DNA of 64,000 bases from an uncultured delta proteobacterium (GTDB lineage: Bacteria; Desulfobacterota; Binatia; Binatales; Binataceae), in assembly GCA_963842085.1 (NCBI GenBank), contig CAWJET010000001.1, forward strand, positions 1,568,001 through 1,632,000, given 5' to 3'. Positions 20,246 to 30,062 of the stretch are shown piece after piece. Below the pieces are notes generated by a model, which worked only from the letters and a program-made list of their open reading frames with translations, was not told the origin of the DNA and made no database searches. How positions within the stretch are numbered: the first letter of the stretch is position 1; the number at the start of each line of letters is the position of its first letter. Made by a program: the position numbers and the translations under genes.

Positions 20246-21922
20246 TTAGGCCCAAAGACTCCAATCTCGAGTGGCGAGAACCCAGACTGCGAGCAAGCCG
20301 TTGGCCGTGGCATGCGCGACTACTGCATCTGAGAGTCGGTTGTTCAGATACGCCGCTAGCGCAAAGATGAGGCCAACGGCGAACCCTGCAAGCCAATGAT
20401 CATGTAGCGTTGCAAACAGCACCGAGGAACCCAGCCATGACAGGATTGTGAAGTGACGGTATGAGACCGCCTCGAAGCGAACACTTACGAGCTTGCGGAG
20501 CAAATAGCCGCGAAATGCCAGTTCTTCAGCGACTGGCACTGTTATTACAGCTCCGATGATTCTGAAGGCGAGCCAGCCAGCCGCCACCCAAGTTGTCATT
20601 GCACATAGGCTTGTTGAAAATGCCACGCAGCGCGTTGCGGAGTCTTGGCTTGTGGCCAATAAGATCCACACTACGAATGCGAGGGCGCCGAGTCCGATTG
20701 CGCGAAATGAGCCCCCGACTCTGAAAGTGGGGATTCTGTGCCGGAAGACAAAAAGAACGAGGCCGCACGCGAGCACGCGTAGCGGATAAAGGTAGTCGAA
20801 ACCACCATCAAATATCCGTGTAATCATCGACGCCGCCACGATCGTCAGCAGTGGCGCGAGGTATAGACCCGCGGGATTTGCCCAGGGAACGTTAGCCGGA
20901 CGAGCTTGCGCGCGCCACAACCAGGGCGTGGTTCTACTGACGGCTAACAGCGCGAAGCAGGCGGCGTTGAAAAAAAACCAGCCTGCGACCGTATGGAAGC
21001 CGTCCATAGCCACTGCCGGCCACCACTGTCCGATTACTACCAGCGTCGTGATTCGGACCACGTTGAGCAGCCCGATCAGCACAACTCCAAGCGGAATCAG
21101 TAAGAACCCCTGCGGAAAGCGAAAGCGGCTTCGGTAGAACCACAGGTACGTGGCCGTGAGCACGATCACCAGACCCACGCCTTCAAGCCCCGAGCAGGCA
21201 GAAGTTATTTCAACCGAAAACCGATGGGTCCCAACAACCGCCAGAGACGGCTGAACAATGACCCGCTGGCCCAGAATACGCAGCAAAAAAGCGACCGCGT
21301 ACAAATTACAATCGAGCACCAGGTACCACAACCTCATCGCCGGAAACTCTGAAACCCTGGCGATGGCTCCCACCACGAGCGCGGCCGTGATCACACCGGG
21401 ACGGCGCTTGACCCAGGTGATCCAAAACTCCGCGGGCATCACCGCTAGGCCCCAGCTAGCGATCGCACCCGCCAGCAGTACTAAGCCGAACAAGGACCAC
21501 CATCCCGCGTTCGGGCCACGCAACGCGCCGCTCACTAGTGCGAACCGCCCCCCGACCACGAACACGTTGACGGCCACCAGATGCAAGCCGAGCCACGCTG
21601 GCCAAAGAGAGTCCCGTTCCTGATTGGGTTTAGGAGTAGCCTCGAGTAGCTCGAAAGCTGTGTCCCAACTGAGCAGAAGGGCGGCTCCAAAAGCAGCCAC
21701 GAACATGGCCACTATCATTCGCCGACCAGCGATGAACGCAAGCCACCACGGCGCAGCGGCTTGCGGCAAGAGCGATGCGGGAAGTGGTCGGGAGAGCGCG
21801 ACCAATTCGGGAACCAAAAGCAGGGCGATCAGCAAGCGACGCCAAGGAAACGGCTGCCCGCGGCCCTGAGTGACTCGGTCAGCAAGATCCGACTGGCAGT
21901 GACTAGCGCTTTTCACCTTCAA
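20246..21922 (-). CDS. xrtE: Exosortase E / CAAX (Abi) protease fusion, VPEID-CTERM system
   Basis: Exosortase triad motifs ITSACSGLEG, LNVVRI and GFHTVAGW. C-terminal CAAX protease motifs PVAEELAFRGYL, FATLH and HATAN. Cognate sorting-signal gene is adjacent. Confidence 0.9.
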   Translation of the reverse strand: MKVKSASHCQSDLADRVTQGRGQPFPWRRLLIALLLVPELVALSRPLPASLLPQAAAPWWLAFIAGRRMIVAMFVAAFGAALLLSWDTAFELLEATPKPNQERDSLWPAWLGLHLVAVNVFVVGGRFALVSGALRGPNAGWWSLFGLVLLAGAIASWGLAVMPAEFWITWVKRRPGVITAALVVGAIARVSEFPAMRLWYLVLDCNLYAVAFLLRILGQRVIVQPSLAVVGTHRFSVEITSACSGLEGVGLVIVLTATYLWFYRSRFRFPQGFLLIPLGVVLIGLLNVVRITTLVVIGQWWPAVAMDGFHTVAGWFFFNAACFALLAVSRTTPWLWRAQARPANVPWANPAGLYLAPLLTIVAASMITRIFDGGFDYLYPLRVLACGLVLFVFRHRIPTFRVGGSFRAIGLGALAFVVWILLATSQDSATRCVAFSTSLCAMTTWVAAGWLAFRIIGAVITVPVAEELAFRGYLLRKLVSVRFEAVSYRHFTILSWLGSSVLFATLHDHWLAGFAVGLIFALAAYLNNRLSDAVVAHATANGLLAVWVLATRDWSLWA

Positions 21923-21953
21923 TCGTCACGCATTGCCCGAAAACGCATCAAAC

Positions 21954-22157
21954 CTAGCGCGAGCGGCGGCGTTCAAGCGCGAGCAAGAAACTACCAATCA
22001 AAAGAGCTAAGCCACTGGCTCCCGTTGCCGGATCGAGCTCTGGAGCGCACGACGGCATTCCGTTTTCGTGAGCCGCCGCCACGCCTTTAAAGGCAATCAA
22101 GAAGACGACAGCAGCGGCACCAATCCAGCTAAGGAGCTTCGTGCGATGAGTTCTCAT
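21954..22157 (-). CDS. Small VPEID-CTERM-type sorted protein (APELD variant)
   Basis: 67 aa: signal peptide, HENGMPSC, APELDP, TM helix, ERRRSR. GGAGGT RBS. Directly upstream of xrtE. Confidence 0.88.
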   Translation of the reverse strand: MRTHRTKLLSWIGAAAVVFLIAFKGVAAAHENGMPSCAPELDPATGASGLALLIGSFLLALERRRSR

Positions 22158-22181
22158 GATACTACCTCCGTAGAGGGATCA

Positions 22182-22210
22182 AATATAACAAAAGCAAAGA
22201 ATTGTCAATT
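22182..22210 (-). promoter_or_regulatory. Putative sigma70-like promoter of the micropeptide-xrtE operon
   Basis: TTGACA, 15 nt, then TATATT preceded by TGn (extended -10), in an AT-rich intergenic region. The spacer is short. Confidence 0.45.
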
Positions 22211-22385
22211 GAAATAGATTAAAATCAAGCAAAATAAATCTGTATCAATCAATGTGGCAAGTGCCGAGGGATCCGCGATTCGGCCATTTGGGCCTTTCGT
22301 AGGCTGTTTTGCCGAGATTCTGGGGGAATAGATACAAATGAGGTAGATCCGTCACCAAATAACATGCAAGCAACCGATTGATAAT

Positions 22386-22414
22386 TTGACACTCACTTTC
22401 TTTGATTGTAGAAT
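22386..22414 (+). promoter_or_regulatory. Near-consensus sigma70 promoter TTGACA-N17-TAGAAT
   Basis: Read directly. Divergent from the micropeptide gene and about 330 bp upstream of ORF 22747. Confidence 0.6.
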
Positions 22415-22746
22415 GGCCCTCTTAGAATCGCTAAACGGTGAATCTGAGTTGTATGAATGACTCTGTATTATTTTCATAAATTAAACAATGGCAAATAGTG
22501 TTTTATATACTTTGGCTGACTTTCTTCGAACTGACCGCAGGGATCGGCCAGCGCAATCTACTGGGCTCCGCAGAGTTCACATGTCGAACGCAGCGCCTTC
22601 ACAATAGCTTGCAAACTCTGTCCTGATTGATCTTATGGCCACTTGCTCTGCACTGAGTTGCGTTAAACGTCACAGGCGTGCTAAGCAGGCAACTCGGAAC
22701 TTAGCAGGCAAAAGACGGCCAACGAAAGCGTGAGAGGTTCATTCCA

Positions 22747-23286
22747 ATGTTATCGTCATCTTCATCACGTGTCTCAGGGCCTTGCAGTTGGGCGAGGCCG
22801 TGTCCGAAATGTGCGCTGCTGGAAGTCATTCGCTACCGGTTTAGGGCATTTGAAGCTAAGTTCGGGCGTAAGCCGGCTTCCGATGAGCCGCTATTCTTTG
22901 ACCCGTCAGAGAGCCATCCGGTCCTCGCAAGTCAGACGGAGTTTCGCGAGCAAGTTCGGATCGCAGCTTCCGCGTCCTGCCTAGACGTCGGTCCGATCTA
23001 CGGCCTGCTGGAGGTGGACCAGCGCTCCGTCGAAAAGGAAGGAACTGAAGATTGTCATCGAGATTCGCGAAGTGAGCCTCGCCGGAGGGGATGGCCAGAG
23101 CATCGATATGAGGCAAACCATCCGAGCGCTTGGGAACTGTTCGTCAGAAACAGAAACCTCCACCGCCGTTACGGGATCACCCCCGAAGAACTGACGGTCC
23201 TCTCGAAGGTGCGCAAGCTGGGCGAAGCGCACAACTCGCGCGATCTCCTCTTCATCTTATCTGTGATTCGAAAAAATCAGGGGTAG
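22747..23286 (+). CDS. Hypothetical protein
   Basis: 179 aa with GAGAGG RBS. Protein-like segments FEAKFGRKPASDEPLFFDP and SAWELF..ITPEELTVL..DLLFILSVIRK. Confidence 0.6.
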   Translation: MLSSSSSRVSGPCSWARPCPKCALLEVIRYRFRAFEAKFGRKPASDEPLFFDPSESHPVLASQTEFREQVRIAASASCLDVGPIYGLLEVDQRSVEKEGTEDCHRDSRSEPRRRGWPEHRYEANHPSAWELFVRNRNLHRRYGITPEELTVLSKVRKLGEAHNSRDLLFILSVIRKNQG

Positions 23287-23357
23287 CTGGCCGCGCTCGA
23301 CCCTCCAAGCGGGGCCTGCGCAATTCGTAGAGTCGATCTCAAAATTCCGAACTGAAG

Positions 23358-24701
23358 ATGCACTTCAAGTCGTTCACGCGATCAATCGCCGGCCTGATTT
23401 TCTCGCTGTTGTGTCTGCTCGCAGCGTTTGCGCGCCCGGTGTTGGCGAAATCGAATGGCGATGCTTCACGAAGCAGCGACACGCCCGGACTAAGTGAACT
23501 TTCTCTCTTGCCCACGCCGCTGACCTGCAAGCAACTCCGACGGCGACCCCCAATTCAGCAGGGACAGCAGCCCACGGCCTGTGCGCTAGGGCCTCCGCCC
23601 ACTACCCGCGCGATGTTCGTCAGTGATTCCGGCAATGCTCGCGTGCTGGAGTATCTCGCCAATGAGTCGCCGCCGTTCTTCACCACCGGGATGAGTGCAA
23701 ACGTGGTGTTCGGCCAGCCGGATTTCACTAGTTCTGAGCACAACCTGACGCAAACTGGGATGTCAAAGCCGGAGTCGGCGGCTCTCGACGGTTCCGGCGA
23801 CATGTGGTCCGCCGACTTCGACTACGGGCGCGTGCTCGAATTCGTGCCGCCATTCACACCTCCGCCATCGACAGATAGCGCGAACCTGGTAATCGGCGAG
23901 CCGAACTTCACGACCAACAATACCTACAATCCGCCCGAGCCTAGTCAGAGCAACCTGAGCGGGGGCGCGGTCGGGGTCGCATTCGACGGGACCTGCAACA
24001 TGTATGTGTCGGACTTCAGAAGTAACCGGGTTCTGCAGTTCCTTGCGCCATTCTCAAATGGCATGAATGCTAACCTCGTATTCGGCCAGAGCGACTTCAC
24101 GTCGTTCGGCACCGACGACAGCTTGACCGGGTTCCAGGGACCGCAGTTCATCAATTTTGACAACAGTGGAAATCTGTGGGTGGCTGACTACGGCAACGAT
24201 CGAGTGCTCGAGTTCGTGCCGCCATTCGCAGTTCCGCCATCGACAAATAGCGCGAACCTGGCAATAACACTCGTAAGTAAGAGCCCCAGCAGCAATCTGA
24301 GCAAACCCTTCGGAGTTGCCTTCGATGCATGCGGAGACCTATGGGTTGCGGACTCGTCGAATAACCGGGTGCTGGAGTTCCTTCCGCCATACACAAGTGG
24401 AGCGAACCTCGTAGTCGGCCAGAGCGACTTCAGGTCAGGAGACGCCCCCGGCGCCGGTCCTGCGGGCCTCAGCGATCCCAGGGCCGTAGCGTTCGACAGC
24501 GCCGGGTATCTCTATGTGACCGACTACGGCAACAATCGCGTGATGATTTTCGCGCCGCCGTTCACCACCGGGATGAACGCACGTTCTGTGATCGGACAGC
24601 CGGATCTGATGACCACAACCCCGACGACGACGGCGACGGGTCTGACCTCACCGCAGGGAGTAACAATCGGCCCGTGGGTGTTTCCCTTCCTCCGCCGATG
24701 A
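23358..24701 (+). CDS. Secreted NHL-repeat (beta-propeller) protein
   Basis: Signal peptide. Repeated P.GVAFD..G.LWVAD..NNRVLEF and VxGQxDF units, also repeated at DNA level. Confidence 0.88.
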   Translation: MHFKSFTRSIAGLIFSLLCLLAAFARPVLAKSNGDASRSSDTPGLSELSLLPTPLTCKQLRRRPPIQQGQQPTACALGPPPTTRAMFVSDSGNARVLEYLANESPPFFTTGMSANVVFGQPDFTSSEHNLTQTGMSKPESAALDGSGDMWSADFDYGRVLEFVPPFTPPPSTDSANLVIGEPNFTTNNTYNPPEPSQSNLSGGAVGVAFDGTCNMYVSDFRSNRVLQFLAPFSNGMNANLVFGQSDFTSFGTDDSLTGFQGPQFINFDNSGNLWVADYGNDRVLEFVPPFAVPPSTNSANLAITLVSKSPSSNLSKPFGVAFDACGDLWVADSSNNRVLEFLPPYTSGANLVVGQSDFRSGDAPGAGPAGLSDPRAVAFDSAGYLYVTDYGNNRVMIFAPPFTTGMNARSVIGQPDLMTTTPTTTATGLTSPQGVTIGPWVFPFLRR

Positions 24702-24854
24702 TCCAAACGCTGCTTGTCGGTAAAGAGGAAGTCAGCTTCAACCGTCGATAACGATGATGAACTTTTCCATTCGGCTGGGCAGAGGCATAGGTTTTTCAGG
24801 CGCGCGAGCGATTACAGAGAGAGAAGAAGTCACGAATTGCACGAAGCGCACAAT

Positions 24855-25420
24855 GCAATTGACGTTTGCGATTATGGTGGCCCCGCTTTGGATGTTCGAA
24901 ACCGTGCAACTTTCCGAGGTCTCGGCGGCTGCCGACGGGGGCGCTCCGGCGATGAGCCCGGCGCAGTCCCTCGCACGACTCATGGCGGGCAATCAGCGCT
25001 TCCAGAACGACACGACCGGCCATCCGCTTCTTGACGCTAAGCGGCGCGGGGAACTTGCCGGCGGTCAAGCGCCGTTCGCGGTCATTCTCTCGTGCTCGGA
25101 TTCGCGCGTTCCGCCGGAGCTGATCTTCGACTAGGGGCTCGGCGATCTTTCGTGGAGCGCCTTGCGGGCAACATGTTCACCCGAGCGGGCCTCGAGAGCA
25201 TCGATTACGCGGTCGATCACCTGGGCACCAACTTGATCATGGTGGCGGGTCACGATCACTGCGGCGCGGTCAAAGGCGCGCTCGCCGAGTGCATAGCAAA
25301 CCGCGGCTGGACTGCCCGAAATCTTCGCCAACATCACTCTGGGTTGTATCCGGCCGCCGACGTTCGAAACTATCAAGTCAGGCCATTGAGCCGCTCACCC
25401 CGGCCTTTGTAAGAGCGAAA
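24855..25420 (+). pseudogene. Beta-class carbonic anhydrase pseudogene
   Basis: GQAPFAVILSCSDSRVPPELIFD, in-frame TAG at 25132-25134, GLGDL, a frameshift, then RLAGN..SIDYAVDHLG..VAGHDHCGAV. Ends approximate. Confidence 0.85.
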
Positions 25421-25851
25421 CGATCGCCTAAGTGGAGGATGCCTCGGACGCAGCGTGATTCCGACAGAGGCGATGGCGGCCAGATCCGTGAACCCCCGCT
25501 ACGCCGCCGCGCTCGCGGGATGGTACTCTTGATTCCGCCTGTTTTTGGCCCGATGGGAGATCACCTTCGCGCGTTCAACGACCTGAACGCCAAACTCAAC
25601 CGATGGGATATCTGGCCTTACTTGTTAGAAGCCGACTCCTCGGCAGTTTCGCATTTCAGAAGGGCGAACCGCTCACGTCGAATCTCCCACCCCGCCTCAA
25701 GTTGGCGCCAGCCAACGATTCAGCCGGGATCGCCTCTATCGCGAATATCCGCACCCAAATATCGAGCCCAGCCGATAAGAGAGACCATTCCCGCACGGCG
25801 CGCTCGCAGAAAGACGCGCTCGGACGGCGCGTTTCCGCGGCGCTAAAGAGG

Positions 25852-27207
25852 TCAAACTGCCCCGGCCTCCTTGAGTCTGCCCTCGAACAGGCCGCGAATC
25901 TGGTTGAGCTCGTAATCGTTGGTAGCTTCGAATCGCATTACAAGCGCGGGTTGGGTGTTTGAAGCGCGCACGAGTCCCCAGCCGTTGGGGAACTTCACTC
26001 TGGCGCCATCGAGCTCCACTACTTCATAGCGCGACCTGAAATACTCGGCGAGCTCATTGACGACGGCAAACTTTCTATCGTCTGGGCAGTCGACCCTGAT
26101 CTCGGGTGTGATGCTGGTCCGTGGCAGGTCCGACAGCAGCGTGCCGAGGCTCTCACCCGAGCCTTCGAGAATCTCGAGCAGACGAAATGAAGCGTAAATG
26201 GCGTCGTCAAATCCGTAGTAGCGATCCGCGAAAAACATGTGGCCGCTCATTTCACCCGCCAGCACTGCGCACTCTTCTTTAAGCTTGCTCTTCAACAGAG
26301 AATGGCCGGTCTTCCACATGATTGGGCGGCCGCCATGGAGCGCTATGTCATTGTACATTCGATCCGAACACTTGACCTCGCCGATGATCGCCGCGCCCGG
26401 CCGCGTCCTTAAGATCGAGCGCGAATATGCGACTAGCAGCTCGTCACCCGATACGATGGTTCCGTGTTCATCGACCGCGCCGATGCGGTCGGCATCTCCG
26501 TCGTATGCAATTCCAATGTCGGCTTTGCGCTCCTTAACGGCGGCGATGAGGTCGCGCATATTGCTTTCGACGGTTGGATCGGGATGGTGGTTTGGGAATC
26601 GGCCGTCCATCTCGATGTACAAACCGGTGACATCGAAACCCATCTCCCGCATCAACGGGACCGCGACGAATCCACCGCAGCCGTTGCCGGCGTCGACCAC
26701 GACCTTGAGCGGCCGTTTAAAGCTGAAGTTCTCGCGGATGAACTGACTATAATCAGGAAGGACCGGACGCTCGGTCAGCATGCCTCGGCGGCCACTGCGC
26801 AGAAAATCGCGCTGCTCGATTATCCGTCGAACCTTTTGGATTTCGTCACCGAAGATGGTCGTGGGGCCCACTCCGAGCTTGAAGCCGTTGAACTCGGCCG
26901 CGTTGTGGCTGCCGGTGATCATTACCCCGCCGTCCATCTTCCAGTGCGGCACAGAAAAATAGAGCAGCGGCGTGGGCACTATTCCGACCTGCACGACGTT
27001 GATTCCGGCGGGAAGCAGCCCATCCAGCAACAGCCCGCAAAGCCTATCCGACGAGAGTCGACAGTCCCGACCCAACCTAACAGTTGACTTGCCGGCCCGC
27101 TGTAGAATCGTAGCATAGGCACGACCCAGGTCGACTACGAAATCATCGTCGAAATCGGTCTCCACCACTCCGCGGATGTCATATTCGCGGAACACCAATG
27201 GATTCAT
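25852..27207 (-). CDS. algC: Phosphomannomutase/phosphoglucomutase
   Basis: FREYDIRG, TGSHN, DGDADR, GEMSGH, GWGLVRASNTQP. Confidence 0.95.
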   Translation of the reverse strand: MNPLVFREYDIRGVVETDFDDDFVVDLGRAYATILQRAGKSTVRLGRDCRLSSDRLCGLLLDGLLPAGINVVQVGIVPTPLLYFSVPHWKMDGGVMITGSHNAAEFNGFKLGVGPTTIFGDEIQKVRRIIEQRDFLRSGRRGMLTERPVLPDYSQFIRENFSFKRPLKVVVDAGNGCGGFVAVPLMREMGFDVTGLYIEMDGRFPNHHPDPTVESNMRDLIAAVKERKADIGIAYDGDADRIGAVDEHGTIVSGDELLVAYSRSILRTRPGAAIIGEVKCSDRMYNDIALHGGRPIMWKTGHSLLKSKLKEECAVLAGEMSGHMFFADRYYGFDDAIYASFRLLEILEGSGESLGTLLSDLPRTSITPEIRVDCPDDRKFAVVNELAEYFRSRYEVVELDGARVKFPNGWGLVRASNTQPALVMRFEATNDYELNQIRGLFEGRLKEAGAV

Positions 27208-27290
27208 CGTAACCCCCTTTTTCCGAATTCATCGGCGACCGCGCGACGGCCTCCCGATCATATGCTCCACTCGCAAGGTGCGGTCCACGC

Positions 27291-27584
27291 CTACTTCGCG
27301 ACGCCGTCGCGGGAGTTTCTTGCCTTCTGGTCGAGCCATTGCCTGATGTTACCGGTCTGGAATCGCCAATCGTTGCCCACTTTGAAGCCGGGTATCTCTT
27401 TGCGCTTTAGCATGCGGTAGATGGTTGAAGGATGAACCCGCAGAAGTTCTGATATCTCCTCGACAGTCAAGATCTCCGGAAGCCGCGGTTCGGGATTTTT
27501 TTTCATAACGGCTCCACTGGACCTATCGTCAACGTTGCTGTAGACCTTGCGGACGTCTCCCCGCGAATCGACTTTTGCCTCCAT
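27291..27584 (-). CDS. Excisionase-like helix-turn-helix (HTH_17) DNA-binding protein
   Basis: ILTVEEISELLRVHPSTIYRMLKRKEIPGFKVGNDWRF. GGAGG RBS before the ATG at 27584. Confidence 0.85.
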   Translation of the reverse strand: MEAKVDSRGDVRKVYSNVDDRSSGAVMKKNPEPRLPEILTVEEISELLRVHPSTIYRMLKRKEIPGFKVGNDWRFQTGNIRQWLDQKARNSRDGVAK

Positions 27585-27619
27585 CCTTCCTCCTCCCATA
27601 GGTTAGTCGCAGAGCGGGG

Positions 27620-27985
27620 TTAGTCGCCTTTTTCAATCCGATGCGAGTCGCTGTTGAAGTGCTGGGTGGAGAACTCGAATAACTCGGCGTCTTCCAAAGC
27701 CAACATCTGGTGAACCAGTCCCGGTTCGATGTCCATGCATTCACCGGGATTCAGTTCGAATTCCTCAATTTCAGATGACTCGGGGGACGACTTGACGCGA
27801 ACCTTCAATTTGCCGGCGCGTAGGTAGAACGATTCAGTTTTGAGTTCATGAAAGTGGAGCGAACAGCGCCGGCCTTTTGCGAGCTCGAGAATCTTGCCGC
27901 AGTAGAGTTCATTGTTCACGATCCATATCTCCCGGCCCCAGCCTTTTGGCTCGATGTGCACCGGTTTGCGAATTCTGTTATTCAT
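27620..27985 (-). CDS. Cupin-domain protein (mannose-6-phosphate isomerase-like)
   Basis: KGWGREIWI, SLHFHELKTESFY, IEPGLVHQM, EFSTQH. Confidence 0.85.
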   Translation of the reverse strand: MNNRIRKPVHIEPKGWGREIWIVNNELYCGKILELAKGRRCSLHFHELKTESFYLRAGKLKVRVKSSPESSEIEEFELNPGECMDIEPGLVHQMLALEDAELFEFSTQHFNSDSHRIEKGD

Positions 27986-28040
27986 TTGTGATTCCTGGGC
28001 GATATGTGAATCGCCAATTGTTTACTCGAAGGTAGCTCGC

Positions 28041-29705
28041 CTACCCAGCTGCGCTTGCGGTCGATGCCACCGACCCGCGCCACAACTTTGCGCCGTCGGA
28101 TCGTCGACTCCAGACTACGAAGTGGTCACCCTTCCACGTTGGCTCGAAGTCGCGGCGAACCTGGCGCCCGATCGCCGGCGAAGTGTCGAGGATCGAAATC
28201 TGCCAGTTTGGTATGACAATCATTGAGGCCGATCGAAGCTGCGCGAGCTTGCGGTTCACGTCGCCGATCGAGCTCGCACCGGGCGCGAGCAGGGCGGTAA
28301 CCGGTGGGCTAAACTCTGGAAAAAGCAAGTCGCCACAACCAAACCATTCCAGCAATACCGTGCGGTGTCCGCGAATCTTCGCCAGTACTTCGGACCATTC
28401 GGCGCGCTCTTGGGACGTGGACCAGAGTCCAGCAGTTTGCGGGTCGGGCGCAGACGACGACCACAACCGATAGGTGAATCCGTTGCCCTGGCTCGCGTCG
28501 AACAGGGGTGAAATCTTTGGGCTGACCGCGGCGCTCGCCGTGCCAGGCATGACAAACCGCTCAACCAACAGCTTGTTGACTTTGACCAGTGGAAACGAAA
28601 CAGCTACGAGCGCGACCAGATACTTCCAGGGGACCGACAAGACGGTAGCCGCGGCAAGGCCGATAGCGAGTACATAGAAGTAGTAAGTCCAAGAATACTG
28701 ATTGCCGAAAAACATACAGATGAAGCCCAGCTGAAGCAGGGCGCAGGTCAGAACTATTTCTTCCGCGCGGGCGCGCGTCGTTTGGAGCCCGGTGCCGATC
28801 AAAAGTCGATAACCTGCAACTGCGCCTGCGCCCGCCAGGAGCAGCGTTGCAGTCAACCAAGGCCCCGCCACGTTGGTGACGTAGTAGAGCCAGGAAGTTC
28901 CCGGCGGCGACCAGAACAAGCGGCCACTTTGAAAGAAGCCAAAGTGTCCTTCGCTATAGATCTTGATTCCGCCCAACGGAAAGGTCGAATTTAACACCGG
29001 CAGCACACCAAAGAACGCTACCAGAATGGCTGCGATGCCAAGCCCGGCAATCGCCGGTGGTCTGATAGCTTGCTGCAAGACTTGCCACAGTGCGTGGCGC
29101 CTTAGGCCATCGGACAGCACAAAGGCGAGGAGAATCAAACCATAGAGGTAAGCCATGCTCGGCTTGACGAAGACACAGGCGGTGGCAAGCGCGAGCGCCG
29201 CGCCGCGGTTTCCGCGCGCCTGGTAAGCCAGTGCGTGGCCCAACAGAACGGGCTCCACAATGTGAGTAAGGTGCAGGTAATTTGAAGGAATCGTCAGCGG
29301 TGCGGTCAGTGCCAAGATAAAAATTCCCACCAGGTTGAGCTTGAGCGCCTTCGCCAACCTGACCAACGCCCAGATCAGAAGAAGGTCGGCTACGGGAACC
29401 GCCGCGATGCAGGCCTCCGGAGACAGTCCAAAGACGCCGAACCAGATTCGCCCCGCTAACAGGGTAAGCAACCCGTAGATATAGGCAAAGTCGACGGTGG
29501 GGCGGAGACCCTGCCTGATCAGATATTGCTGAGTGAGATTCGCGCCCGTGTCGAAGAACGCGAAATTATCGAACTGCATCGATCCAGCAAACCTGATTAG
29601 AAAGAAAGCGGCGGCTTCGAACGTGAGCAAACCAAACAGGAGTTCCCCATACCGATAGCTGCGCACTTTCCGAACTGAAAATGTCGTTAAGCTAACAGCG
29701 ACCAT
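28041..29705 (-). CDS. Multi-pass membrane protein, GT-C-like (family paralog A)
   Basis: 554 aa with many TM segments. First-loop motif FFDTGANL..GLRPTVDFAYIYGLL. Confidence 0.75.
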   Translation of the reverse strand: MVAVSLTTFSVRKVRSYRYGELLFGLLTFEAAAFFLIRFAGSMQFDNFAFFDTGANLTQQYLIRQGLRPTVDFAYIYGLLTLLAGRIWFGVFGLSPEACIAAVPVADLLLIWALVRLAKALKLNLVGIFILALTAPLTIPSNYLHLTHIVEPVLLGHALAYQARGNRGAALALATACVFVKPSMAYLYGLILLAFVLSDGLRRHALWQVLQQAIRPPAIAGLGIAAILVAFFGVLPVLNSTFPLGGIKIYSEGHFGFFQSGRLFWSPPGTSWLYYVTNVAGPWLTATLLLAGAGAVAGYRLLIGTGLQTTRARAEEIVLTCALLQLGFICMFFGNQYSWTYYFYVLAIGLAAATVLSVPWKYLVALVAVSFPLVKVNKLLVERFVMPGTASAAVSPKISPLFDASQGNGFTYRLWSSSAPDPQTAGLWSTSQERAEWSEVLAKIRGHRTVLLEWFGCGDLLFPEFSPPVTALLAPGASSIGDVNRKLAQLRSASMIVIPNWQISILDTSPAIGRQVRRDFEPTWKGDHFVVWSRRSDGAKLWRGSVASTASAAG

Positions 29706-30062
29706 GTTTGGCGATTCCCTTGTATGCGGGTTTTGCTAGCCTAACCTTGAGAGGAGCCAATGACATGTAGGGCAGCCTCTGCATCGATTTTCGTGGCGCG
29801 AGGACCCTACAGTCGAACAACCGCGCCAGTCGCAGCGAGTTGAATACTTCGAATCAAGAAGTCCTACACAGGTTTAATGCGCTCAAGTTAAATTGACTTT
29901 ACTTTGCTTCACTCGGTTTAACACGCAGAGCTCGATAACGCAATAACTTGAAGGCTAATCTTTGAAATCAGCTCGAAACTTAAGTTTCTCACCTGGTACT
30001 TGAACGCCCGCGGTGTCCGACGGCACGCGGAGTTGAGTTGGCTTGACGAAGGGCTGCGTTCA

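Noticed and set aside
25132-25134. In-frame TAG in carbonic anhydrase as recoding (pyrrolysine or readthrough)
   Set aside because: A frameshift follows a few codons later and TAG is used as a normal stop elsewhere, so this is a pseudogene.
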